DNA of 64,000 nt from a bacterium (GTDB lineage Bacteria > UBA8248), in NCBI GenBank assembly GCA_965203325.1, contig OZ241875.1, positions 3,232,001-3,296,000 of the forward strand, given 5' to 3'. Each line of letters starts with the position of its first letter. Positions within the stretch are counted from its first letter, which is position 1. Shown piece by piece: positions 38,221-46,774 of the stretch. The notes under the pieces were generated by a model. The model did not search any database. It worked only from the letters and a program-made list of their open reading frames with translations, and was not told the DNA's origin. The position numbers and the translations under genes are program-made.

Positions 38221-38600
38221 TGTTTGTGGGTGTTGCTCTTTCAAACCCGACCGATGAGGGAGGGTTTGCCGACCGATGAGGGAGGGTTTGCCGGCCGATG
38301 AGGTCGGGCTTGCCGACGCAAAAAAAGGGACCGCCCGCCCTCTCGATTCCGTCGGCCCTGAGAGAGGGGGCAGTCCCTTTTTCCGCCTTGCGATGCGCGC
38401 CCGGGTGGCGTATAAGAAGAGTAGGGGTTGCCCGTTGTTCCCCCTCCCGGCTCGAGGACTCAAACTCATAACCAGGAGCGGTACAATTTGCTCTCACGAG
38501 GGAAGCAACCAACGGGCAACCCCCTTTTTCGCTCTCCTCATGCCGCCCCGGCCCCCGGGGCCGTGAAGCCCCGAAGCCATAGGCGTCCTGCTCTTCGCTG

Positions 38601-40595
38601 CTACTGCTTGTTCACGCCGAAGCCGCCGACCATTCGGCCGCTTGTGCTGTACGTCGAATGGAACGTGCCGGTCCCGACCTTCGGAACACCGTCGTCGCCG
38701 TTGTCGTAGAGCGTTCCGGACCACTGGCCGGCGGCGCCCGCGGCCGTCCCGTCGATGGTCCAGACCGTCTGCATCGGATCGCCGGTGCCGTCGCTACCGG
38801 TAATGGCCCCGCCGGCGCCGACACCGGACTTCTTCAACTCGACCGACCAGTTCCGAGACTCTCCGTCCGCACCAACGAACTGGTCGATGGTGCCCGTGAT
38901 CATGTCGGCATTGAAATCCGCTTCGAGCGTCGCCCGCGCGGTGAAGTGGCCGGCGTCGTTCGTTCCCCCGGTGGCGCTGTGGAGCGCGTACTTGCCGGCG
39001 GCGCCGCCCATGTAGGTCGCCGATCCACGCAGGGTATCGATGCCCGTGGCGGCATCGACGGTGCCCCTGGACGTCGCGAAAGCGCTCGCGGTGAAGGTGT
39101 TGCCGTCCTCGGACGTGTGGATCCACCAGCCGTAGGAAGCGTAGATGGCGTCCGCCACGCTCATGACTTTGGCCGTCGGGCTGCCGGGCTTGAAGCTCCA
39201 GGTCCCGCCCGCAAGCGTGAAACCGCTTTCGGCTATGGTAGCGGAGCACGTCTCACCGCTGGTGGGGGTGCAGTAATAGTTGCCAGATACTCCGTGATAG
39301 CTGCCGGCAACCATCACCCGGACCGCATTGGTCGGCAACTTGAATAGTTTCGCGCCGGCGGACTGGTCGAAGTTCGGGCTGGCAACGCGGCCCGTCACAT
39401 AGCCACTGAGGGCAGTGATATCCCCTGTTTCGCCGTCGGTGTTGAGTGTGTACTCTTCATTGAACGGGTCGCCCTCCGTCGGGTCGCCGACGTTCGAGTA
39501 GACATACGCCTCGTAGGTGCCGGCGTCGTCGGGCTCGGCCGTGTGCCTCTTACCCGCCCAGCCGTGGTTGGCGGCGACCGGCGTCTTCTTGTCTTCCGAC
39601 AGTGCCTGTGTAACAGAGCCATTGGTCACCGTGATGACGCCGGCGGTGTCACTTACGCCGTTTCGGGCGTTGTCGGTATTGCCAAGGCCGTGCTGGAGGC
39701 CCGCGTGCAGCTTCAGGGCATTCGCCATCGCGGCCGCATCCGCGGCCTTCTGGTCCTCGTCCTCGGCCGCGTCGAAGGCGGCTTGCGCCGTTCGGATCGG
39801 CGCCGCCGCATTGGCCGCCTCCCGCACATACGTAGCCTTTTCCGCTTCGGTCAGGTCCGCACCGGCGGCAATCGCCTCGTTCAGGGCCGTGACGGCATTG
39901 TTGGCGGCGTCGAGCTGCGCCTGCGTTGGCGTCGAACCGGCAAGCGCCGCAAGAGCGGCCTGCAAGGTGTCGGATGCCCCGGAGAGCGCCGTCATCTGGT
40001 TCGTCCGTCGCGTTGCGGTGTCGATGCCATCCTGCGCATCATCCACGGCAGTTACGGCGTCGGCCAGCTGCGTCTCGTACATCTCCTTGTCTTCATCGCT
40101 CACGTCTTCCGCATCTTCCAATGCCTGCCTGAGAGCGCGGATGCCTTCGTTGGCGGCGTCAACCATCTCCTGGGTCGACAGGTCGGACGTGTCGATCATG
40201 CCGGCGGCGTCCGACAGAGCCATTTTCTGCGCGTCCACGCGGGCCGCCAGATTGATCGCCATGATCCGGGCATCGACCAACGCCTGAAGCATATCGCCCT
40301 GCGTGGCGGTAACGTCGTCCTTCACCGCGTCGTAAGCCGCCTGGGCCTCTTCCGCCGTGGTGGCCGCCGCGATGTTCGCGCGCGCCGTATTAATCGTGAC
40401 CTGTGCGGGCGTCAAGCATTCACCATTCACATATTGATTGCCCGCGGCCTCGCACGTCTCCTGCGGTGTCGGCATCGGGGGAGGCGGTTCTTCCGCAGTC
40501 CCGCCGCCGCCGCCGCAGCCGGCCAGCGCGATGGCGAACACGGCCGCCAGCGCGAAAGCGTAAAGCTTGTTTATCGATTTCTCTCTGAACTTCAT
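38601..40595 (-). CDS. Large lipoprotein with Ala-rich helical stalk and C-terminal TbpB-like beta-barrel; probably surface-exposed
   Basis: Lipobox LAG-C followed by GGGGG and a Pro linker; C-terminal GSATYMGGAAGKYA...FTARATLEADF...ITGTID...WSGTLY...GTF...VGGFGV pattern; RBS AGGAGG. Confidence 0.75.
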   Translation of the reverse strand: MKFREKSINKLYAFALAAVFAIALAGCGGGGGTAEEPPPPMPTPQETCEAAGNQYVNGECLTPAQVTINTARANIAAATTAEEAQAAYDAVKDDVTATQGDMLQALVDARIMAINLAARVDAQKMALSDAAGMIDTSDLSTQEMVDAANEGIRALRQALEDAEDVSDEDKEMYETQLADAVTAVDDAQDGIDTATRRTNQMTALSGASDTLQAALAALAGSTPTQAQLDAANNAVTALNEAIAAGADLTEAEKATYVREAANAAAPIRTAQAAFDAAEDEDQKAADAAAMANALKLHAGLQHGLGNTDNARNGVSDTAGVITVTNGSVTQALSEDKKTPVAANHGWAGKRHTAEPDDAGTYEAYVYSNVGDPTEGDPFNEEYTLNTDGETGDITALSGYVTGRVASPNFDQSAGAKLFKLPTNAVRVMVAGSYHGVSGNYYCTPTSGETCSATIAESGFTLAGGTWSFKPGSPTAKVMSVADAIYASYGWWIHTSEDGNTFTASAFATSRGTVDAATGIDTLRGSATYMGGAAGKYALHSATGGTNDAGHFTARATLEADFNADMITGTIDQFVGADGESRNWSVELKKSGVGAGGAITGSDGTGDPMQTVWTIDGTAAGAAGQWSGTLYDNGDDGVPKVGTGTFHSTYSTSGRMVGGFGVNKQ

Positions 40596-41211
40596 TTAGT
40601 GAGTCCTCCTGAATACATAGAAAAAGGGATTTTCCGTGAATTTCCGGCTTTCTCCGATTAACCTCCTTTCGTCAGCTTTCATTTCGGGCCTTGAATTCGG
40701 GTTTCTCTTCGTCTTTGGCGGACCGGAGAGCGGCGGCATCGGCGCGTCGCCGTCCGGTGCGTTTCAAAAACGATTCAGGAGGATGGGTCTTCCGGTGGGT
40801 TCCCCGCCTTTGGTTTGGGTCAGGTGGGGAGGGTCTTTTTTTTCGACGTCACCCGGTGGATGACTTCGCCTCGTGAATCGTGTCGCAAACTCGTCTGTCG
40901 TGCCGCAAGCTTCGTGGTGCAAAAAGGTCTGTCAGCGCATCTGCGCTTCGTCCGGTGAGTCTCCTCTCTTTCGCCTGTATATACGGGCGGCTGTTACGCC
41001 GCTTGTGATCTCTTTCGTTTCGCGCTTTCGCGCAGCGCCGGTGGCCGGAGCCGGCCGACTTGCAGTCCGGGCTGGTTGCGACACAATCCACGAGGTATAG
41101 GTACTTGAGGTGGGTTCCCGCCTATTCCGGCTCTCCGGGTCGGGAGGGCCGTCTTGTATTCAGCGGGCAGCCCGAAGTCGACTGCGCCTCATGGATCGTG
41201 TCGCAACCATG

Positions 41212-41241
41212 ATATTGCTACAGCCTTTTGCGGTTTGTCAA
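41212..41241 (-). promoter_or_regulatory. sigma70-like promoter (proximal) facing the lipoprotein gene
   Basis: TTGACA (41241-41236)-N18-CAATAT (41217-41212). Confidence 0.45.
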
Positions 41242-41341
41242 GGTGAATTTGCCGCCTGTTTCGACCTTCCGGTGGAAGGCCGCCTCGTGTAAGGCGTCAG
41301 CCGAGGCCTCATTCACCCCGCGGATTGTGTCGCACGGGTTC

Positions 41342-41371
41342 ATATTGCGGGAATTGTAAAGTTTTTGTCAA
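41342..41371 (-). promoter_or_regulatory. sigma70-like promoter (distal) with the same architecture
   Basis: TTGACA (41371-41366)-N18-CAATAT (41347-41342). Confidence 0.45.
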
Positions 41372-41457
41372 GACGCGTTTCTTTCGGGAGGGGGAAGTTT
41401 TTGGGGGGTTGGTTGGGGGGCGAGGGTAGTTGCCGTGGCCCTCCGGCGCCCTCTGAA

Positions 41458-42085
41458 TTTCACACTCCCCTTGAGGGTCAAGCCCGACCAAGCAGAAAAG
41501 GATCAACTCCCCCCTTGAGGGGGAGTCGGTGAGGTGAGGGGGGTTTTGCCCGAAACCGAACCGGTGGGGGGAGTTTTTAATTTAGAATCGTCCCCCCACC
41601 GAGTCAGCCTTCGCAAAAAACGCTCGGCTTCCTCGACTCCCCCTCAAGGGGGGAGTTGATCCTTTTTTGCTCGGCTGCCAATGATCCTCAAAAGGGGAGT
41701 TGATTGCTCTTCTACTTGGTCGGTAATTCCTCCTTCATCGGGGTTGTTGAAAACCTCCCTTGAGGATTCTTGCCGTCCGACGAGAGAAGATATTCACTCC
41801 CCCCTTGAGGGTCATCCCTTCACGCGCGAGATATGCAATCAACTCCCCCGTTGAGAGCCAAGCCCGACCAAGTAGAGAAGGGATCAACTCCCCCCTTGAG
41901 GGGGAGTCGAAGAGCTGAGGGCGAAGCCCGAAAGCGATTCGGTGGGGGGACATGCCACAGAAAAAACTCCCCCCACCACATCGGCCTTCGCACAAACCGC
42001 TCGGCCTCTGTGACTCCCCCTCAAGGGGGGAGTTGATTCTCTTTTTTCGTCGGTTGGAAAATAACCCTCAAGGGGGGTTCGTTTT
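41458..42085. repeat. Repeat mosaic with two doublets and several half-units
   Basis: Doublets at about 41501-41660 and 41882-42036; same palindrome and linker cassettes as at 35.8-38.2 kb. Confidence 0.88.
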
Positions 42086-42131
42086 TTCCCAAGGCGGCAA
42101 TCGCTCCTTCATCAGTCGCGATTGACCCCAA

Positions 42132-43160
42132 TCACACCGCCTCATACGCCCCGTGCACGGCGCGGCTGGCGCCGTTCCAGCCGGGCATCACCGCGCCGAG
42201 CGGCCCGTTCCCGCCCGCGACGATGAGGTGCAGGTCTTCGGGCTCGTTCACGACGCGGACGAAGAAATCATCGTCGTCTCTATCCACCGGGTACGCCCAC
42301 CGCCCGTTCGGCCTGTCCGCCCGCCAGGGGCCGCCGCGCTTGAGCTCGCCCACCGTGCGCCCCGCGTGCTCCGTGACGTAGGCGTGCACGTCCGCGCGCG
42401 AGAAGCCGGCCCGCGCGCACAGGCGGGCGTGTTCGGGGGAGAGGACGAGCACGGTGTCGGACCTCACCCAGATGGGCCACGAGCCCATCGCCGCCATGTT
42501 GTCCATGTGGGAGACGAGAAGCCGCTCGGGGTCGCGGTCCACGTCGTTGAAGACGATGTGGGGGTTCTCCACCATGACGGCGGTGATGACGTCCTCCTCC
42601 GCCCCGTAGCCGCGCGAGACGGCGAGCGACTCCCAGGGGCTTTCGTCCTCGTTCTCGGCGACGCAGAAGGTGAAGCGCGAGGGCTGGCTGTAGATGCTCA
42701 TGCACGCGACGCGCGCGATTCCGCCGCCCAGGTTGAGCAGCAGGAGCCTCACCGCGCGCCCGATGGTGGCGTTCGCCCGGAAGCCGGGGCCGAAGCAGCC
42801 CTGCCCGCCCGTGACGCCGATCCGCCTGGCATACGGGCCGTTCAGGATGAGCAGCGGCGCCACGCTGTGCATGGTGGCCTGCACGCCGCGCAGGTTGAGC
42901 GGCTCCTCGACGATGAGCTCGAGCGCCGCGATGACGACGGGGAGGTATTCGGGCTTACAGCCGGCCATCACCGCGTGGGCGGCGACGTCGCGCACCGTGG
43001 CGACCTCGTCCAGCGGCGGGACGGGGGTCACGGCCTCATCGGGTGCGCGCGACGTGCCCGCCAGCATGCGCTCGATTCGGTCTTCCGTGGGCGTGACGAC
43101 GGGCAGGCCGTCCGACCAGGGTTTCTCCAGGAAAAATTCGAATTCGTCCATCTCGTTCAT
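42132..43160 (-). CDS. Second member of the WxDGLPVVxPT (UGSC-associated) family
   Basis: WSDGLPVVTPT, AVMAGCKPEYLPV, LNGP, FRANATIGRAVRL, AENEDESPW, D..LIVAGG; paralogous to 5581-6621. Confidence 0.8.
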   Translation of the reverse strand: MNEMDEFEFFLEKPWSDGLPVVTPTEDRIERMLAGTSRAPDEAVTPVPPLDEVATVRDVAAHAVMAGCKPEYLPVVIAALELIVEEPLNLRGVQATMHSVAPLLILNGPYARRIGVTGGQGCFGPGFRANATIGRAVRLLLLNLGGGIARVACMSIYSQPSRFTFCVAENEDESPWESLAVSRGYGAEEDVITAVMVENPHIVFNDVDRDPERLLVSHMDNMAAMGSWPIWVRSDTVLVLSPEHARLCARAGFSRADVHAYVTEHAGRTVGELKRGGPWRADRPNGRWAYPVDRDDDDFFVRVVNEPEDLHLIVAGGNGPLGAVMPGWNGASRAVHGAYEAV

Positions 43161-43584
43161 GGGGGTCTCCGGGTGGGTGGTTATACGGCAAAGAGATTCG
43201 GTGGTTGCGTTTTCCCGAGCCTATCACGCATGAAGGGCGTGAGCATGTAGGGACAGGTCGCGACCTGTCCGGTTTGGTTCGTCAAAAGAGCAACCCCCCC
43301 TACCCCCCTTGACAGGGGGGCAAGAAAAATCAAAACCCCCGCAAAAAAGAATCACTCTCCCCTTGGAGAGGCAAACCCGACCAAGTAGAGAAGGGATCAA
43401 CTCCCCCCTTGAGGGTTCTTGCCGCCCGACGAGAAAAGGATCAACTCCCCCCTTGAGGGGGAGTCGGTGAGGTGAGGGGGGTTTTGCCCGAAACCGAACC
43501 GGTGGGGGGAGTTTTTAATTTAGAATCGTCCCCCCACCGAGTCAGCCTTCACCTGTCGGTTCGGCTTCCTCGACTCCCCCTCAA

Positions 43585-45106
43585 GGGCCTGTTGAAAAAC
43601 CCCTGGTTTTGTGATCGTATGGAGTTATCCCGACTCGCCCGAGATGGGAGTTCCCTCGATGCTGGATCGCAAGAGGCGCGAGCAGATGGACTTGTTCGTG
43701 GCCGGCCCGCTGGAGAAGTTGATTCCCGAAGATCACATATTGCGGCAGGTGGACCGCGTACTGGATTTGAGCTGGCTTCGCGAGGAAGTGGCGGAGTGCT
43801 ATTGCGCGGACAATGGCCGTCCGGGCCTGGACCCCGAAGTGGTGGTTCGGTTGATGCTGGCGGGCCTGCTGCTGGGCTACGCCCACGACCGGCGTCTGTT
43901 GCGCGAGGCGCAGGCGCACCTGGCGATCCGGTGGTTCATCGGGTACAGGCTGGACGAGGAGTTGCCGGACCATTCGAGCCTGACGCGGATTCGCCAGCGC
44001 TGGGGGGAGGAGCGCTTCAAGGAGGTATTGCGCCGCACGGTTCAGGCTTGCGTGGAGGCGAAGGTGGCGACGGGAGAGGTGGTTCACATGGACGCCTCTT
44101 TGATACGTGCGGACGTGAGCTGGGAGAGTCTGGCGGAGCGCCACGCGGAGAAGGTGGTGCGGGAGAACGATTCGGAGGATGAGACGGAGAAGAAGGGCAA
44201 AGGCCGGGGCGGGGGTTCGGGGTCTGTGAGCCGAACGGACCCGGACGCTCGCCTGGCGCGCAAGAGCGCTCGGGCGGGGTTCGAGCCGAGCTACAAGCAC
44301 CACGCGGTGGTGGACGATGAGCGGGGCGTTGTCCTCGACGTTGCGGTGACGGAGGGGACGTTGAACGAGCGGGAGATGATGGAGCCGCAGTTGGATGCGG
44401 TTTGCGAGCTCACGGGGCGCGCGCCCGGGGTGGTGACGGCGGATTCGGGCTATGCGTACTCGAAGGTGTACGGCGCATTGGAGCGTCGGGGGGTGGACGC
44501 GGTGATACCGGCGAAGAAGGAGCCTTCCCAGAGCCGGGTGCCGTTGCAGCTGTTCCGCTACGATGAGCGTCACAAGGTGGTGAAGTGTCCGGGGGGCAAG
44601 ACGCTGCGCCCCCGGAAGGAGACGGAGCGGGGTCGCTACTATGTATCGAGGACGCGCGATTGCGCGGGCTGCGCGCTCAAGGCCGATTGTCTGTCGAAGT
44701 CCCGCACGAGCAGGACGGTGCTGGTTCCGCATGAGTATCCGGCGCTGTTACGCGCGCGCCGTCGCCACACGCGCCGTGGGGAGGAGGAGGGTCGGCTGTG
44801 GCGCCGGCACATGGGTCGCTCGGAGGGCTATCACGGCGAGGCGAAGAGTTGGCACGGCCTGGCGCGGGCGGTGCGCCGGGGTCTTGCGAACATAAGGATC
44901 CAGGCCTACCTGACGGCGACTGCGGTGAACCTCAAGCGGCTCGCCGCCGCTGTTGCGGCGCGTTTATTCGCTCTGTGGAGGGCCTGCGCCGCCTTGAGAC
45001 GCCGAATGCGCGTTCCTGGCGGCCTCACGCACCTCGCGGGCTTCCTCTCCGCCGCTGCGTGAGACGCCATACCTCCCGCTTCAAAACGGGGTTTTTCAAC
45101 AGCCCC
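43585..45106 (+). mobile_element. IS1182-family insertion sequence inserted in a palindromic repeat
   Basis: 19-bp terminal IRs GGGCCTGTTGAAAAACCCC / GGGGTTTTTCAACAGCCCC (1 mismatch); CTCAA duplicated at 43580-43584 and 45107-45111. The exact TSD length is ambiguous because of the flanking G/C runs. Confidence 0.88.
43659..45062 (+). CDS. IS1182-family DDE transposase
   Basis: LIPEDHILR, GRP.LDP, RWFIG...E.LPDHSSL.RIR.R, D(ASL), TDPDA, ADSGY, C..C.LK..C, E...GEAK..HGL.RA..RG, NLKRL. Confidence 0.92.
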   Translation: MLDRKRREQMDLFVAGPLEKLIPEDHILRQVDRVLDLSWLREEVAECYCADNGRPGLDPEVVVRLMLAGLLLGYAHDRRLLREAQAHLAIRWFIGYRLDEELPDHSSLTRIRQRWGEERFKEVLRRTVQACVEAKVATGEVVHMDASLIRADVSWESLAERHAEKVVRENDSEDETEKKGKGRGGGSGSVSRTDPDARLARKSARAGFEPSYKHHAVVDDERGVVLDVAVTEGTLNEREMMEPQLDAVCELTGRAPGVVTADSGYAYSKVYGALERRGVDAVIPAKKEPSQSRVPLQLFRYDERHKVVKCPGGKTLRPRKETERGRYYVSRTRDCAGCALKADCLSKSRTSRTVLVPHEYPALLRARRRHTRRGEEEGRLWRRHMGRSEGYHGEAKSWHGLARAVRRGLANIRIQAYLTATAVNLKRLAAAVAARLFALWRACAALRRRMRVPGGLTHLAGFLSAAA

Positions 45107-45237
45107 CTCAAGGGGGGAGTGAAATTCAAAGGCGTCGGCAAAACATGAACCTCTCCCCTCGCCGGGGGTTGCCTTTTCATGCCCCCCTGTCAAGGGGGGG
45201 TAGGGGGGGGGTGCTTTTCATGCACGGCGGCCTGTCC

Positions 45238-45627
45238 CTACTCTCCCGCCGCGTTCTTCTCAATCGCGCGCTTCGCCGCGGCGAGGGCGTGGTTCGTCTT
45301 CGGGAAGCCGATGTAGGGGCAGAGCGAGACGATGCCCTCGATGAGTTCCTCGGGCGCGAGACCCTGGTTCAGCACGCCGCGCGAGTGGATTTCCACCTCG
45401 CCGGACAAATCCTGCGCGGCAGCGGCGGCGACGATCATCATCTCGCGCGTCCTGTTGTCGAGCAGGGGCTGGCTCCAGCAGGTGCCGAAGACGTACTCGA
45501 CGATGGCGCGGGTGTGCGCCGGCGCCAGTTCGTTCATCTCGGTGAACGTGCCCGCGAGGCCGTCCTCGCCGTAGATGCCGAGTGATTTGCGGACGGCGAG
45601 CCCCCGCTCGTAGCGTTCCTCGTTCAT
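45238..45627 (-). CDS. Carboxymuconolactone decarboxylase (CMD) family protein
   Basis: ERYERGL.VR, EYVFG..WS...LD.RTREM, H...LN.GL..EEL.E, Y.GFP; RBS AAGGAG. Confidence 0.88.
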   Translation of the reverse strand: MNEERYERGLAVRKSLGIYGEDGLAGTFTEMNELAPAHTRAIVEYVFGTCWSQPLLDNRTREMMIVAAAAAQDLSGEVEIHSRGVLNQGLAPEELIEGIVSLCPYIGFPKTNHALAAAKRAIEKNAAGE

Positions 45628-45802
45628 GGGTTTCTCCTTTATATAAGGCGGCGGTGGATGATGGTGGGCGTACGATTCGTTTCGCAATGGTTGTGTAGGG
45701 GCGGTTCGCGAACCGCCCCTATGTGTTTGCCAACCGATTCTGTAGGGACAGGTCGCGACCTGTCCCTACGCAATCAGGAATTCCTCCTTCCCCAGTCGGA
45801 AT

Positions 45803-46192
45803 TCACTCCCCGTCCCCCGGTATCGCGCCCGGCCGCGTGACGATGAAGCACACCACGCACGCGCAGACGGCGGCGAGCAGAATCTTCGCGTACCCCGGCG
45901 CGCCCATGAGGTAGATCGACGGCCCCGCCAGGAGGACGATGAGCGAGACGGACGTCCACTTCGCCCGGGGGCGAATGACGCCGTGGCGCTGCCAGTTCGT
46001 GATGAGCGGGCCGTAGAGCCTGTGGCCGAGCAGCCATGCGTGGAGGCGTTCGGAGCTTTTCGAGAAGGCGAACGCCGCCAGGAGGATGAAGGGCGTCGTC
46101 GGCAGGACGGGCAGCAGCAGGCCGATGAAGCCCAGGCCGAGGCAGACGCAGCCCAGCGTCAGAAAAAATGGACGAGAAATCTTGCGCCACAT
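45803..46192 (-). CDS. YbaN (DUF454) family inner-membrane protein
   Basis: LGFIGLLLPVLPTTPFILLAA..F.KSS.RLH.WLL.H..YGP.I.NW...G.I..RAK. Confidence 0.92.
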   Translation of the reverse strand: MWRKISRPFFLTLGCVCLGLGFIGLLLPVLPTTPFILLAAFAFSKSSERLHAWLLGHRLYGPLITNWQRHGVIRPRAKWTSVSLIVLLAGPSIYLMGAPGYAKILLAAVCACVVCFIVTRPGAIPGDGE

Positions 46193-46285
46193 GAACGCTC
46201 GTTCTCCCGGATGGGGGTTTGTTGGGAAAGCCCCTGAAAGGGTAACGGCAACCCCCCGGAAAGGGAAACCCCATACGGCAACGCC

Positions 46286-46577
46286 CCTTGGCGGGGGATA
46301 AAGGCAACCCCCGCAAAAAAATCAACTCCCCTTTGGAGGGTCAAGCCCGACCAAGCAGAAAAGGGATCAACTCCCCCCTTGAGGGGGAGTCGAAGAGGCC
46401 GAGCGGTTTGTGCGAAGGCCGATTCGGTGGGGGGACATGCCACAGAAAAAGCTCCCCCCACCGGCGCGACTTCGGGCTTCGCCCTCGTCTTGCCGACTCC
46501 CCCTCAAGGGGGGAGTTGATCGTTGTTTGTGGGTGTTGCTTTTTTCTTTTTCATGCCCCCCTGTCAAGGGGGGGTAG
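46286..46577. repeat. Repeat mosaic immediately before the integrases
   Basis: Doublet at about 46365-46520 plus other motifs of the same families. Confidence 0.85.
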
Positions 46578-46774
46578 ACAGGGATAAAATTCCGCCTTAC
46601 CGACAATGATGCGACTGACCCTCCAGTTTTAATATAAATATCTGTTTTTATTCAAGTATTTCTTTTTTCCCTTGTCTTTTTCCTCTTGCGTTTTCGTCAT
46701 ATTTATGCTTAAATACGCTCCCATTGCATGCCGCTTGTATACGTTTTGATTACGAATCAGCCGAGAGAGGAACT

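Noticed and set aside
35744..38566. Many short ORFs with repeated GSTPPLRG / INSPLEG peptides (also near 12.5-13.2, 41.7-42.0 and 46.1-46.6 kb)
   Set aside because: These are translations of the DNA repeat; the 45-bp period keeps frames open. No protein family signal.
46580..46774. tRNA/tmRNA attachment site before the integrases
   Set aside because: No cloverleaf or T-arm motif is visible. A shared GTATACGTT near 46737 and 49186 is too short to call an att site.
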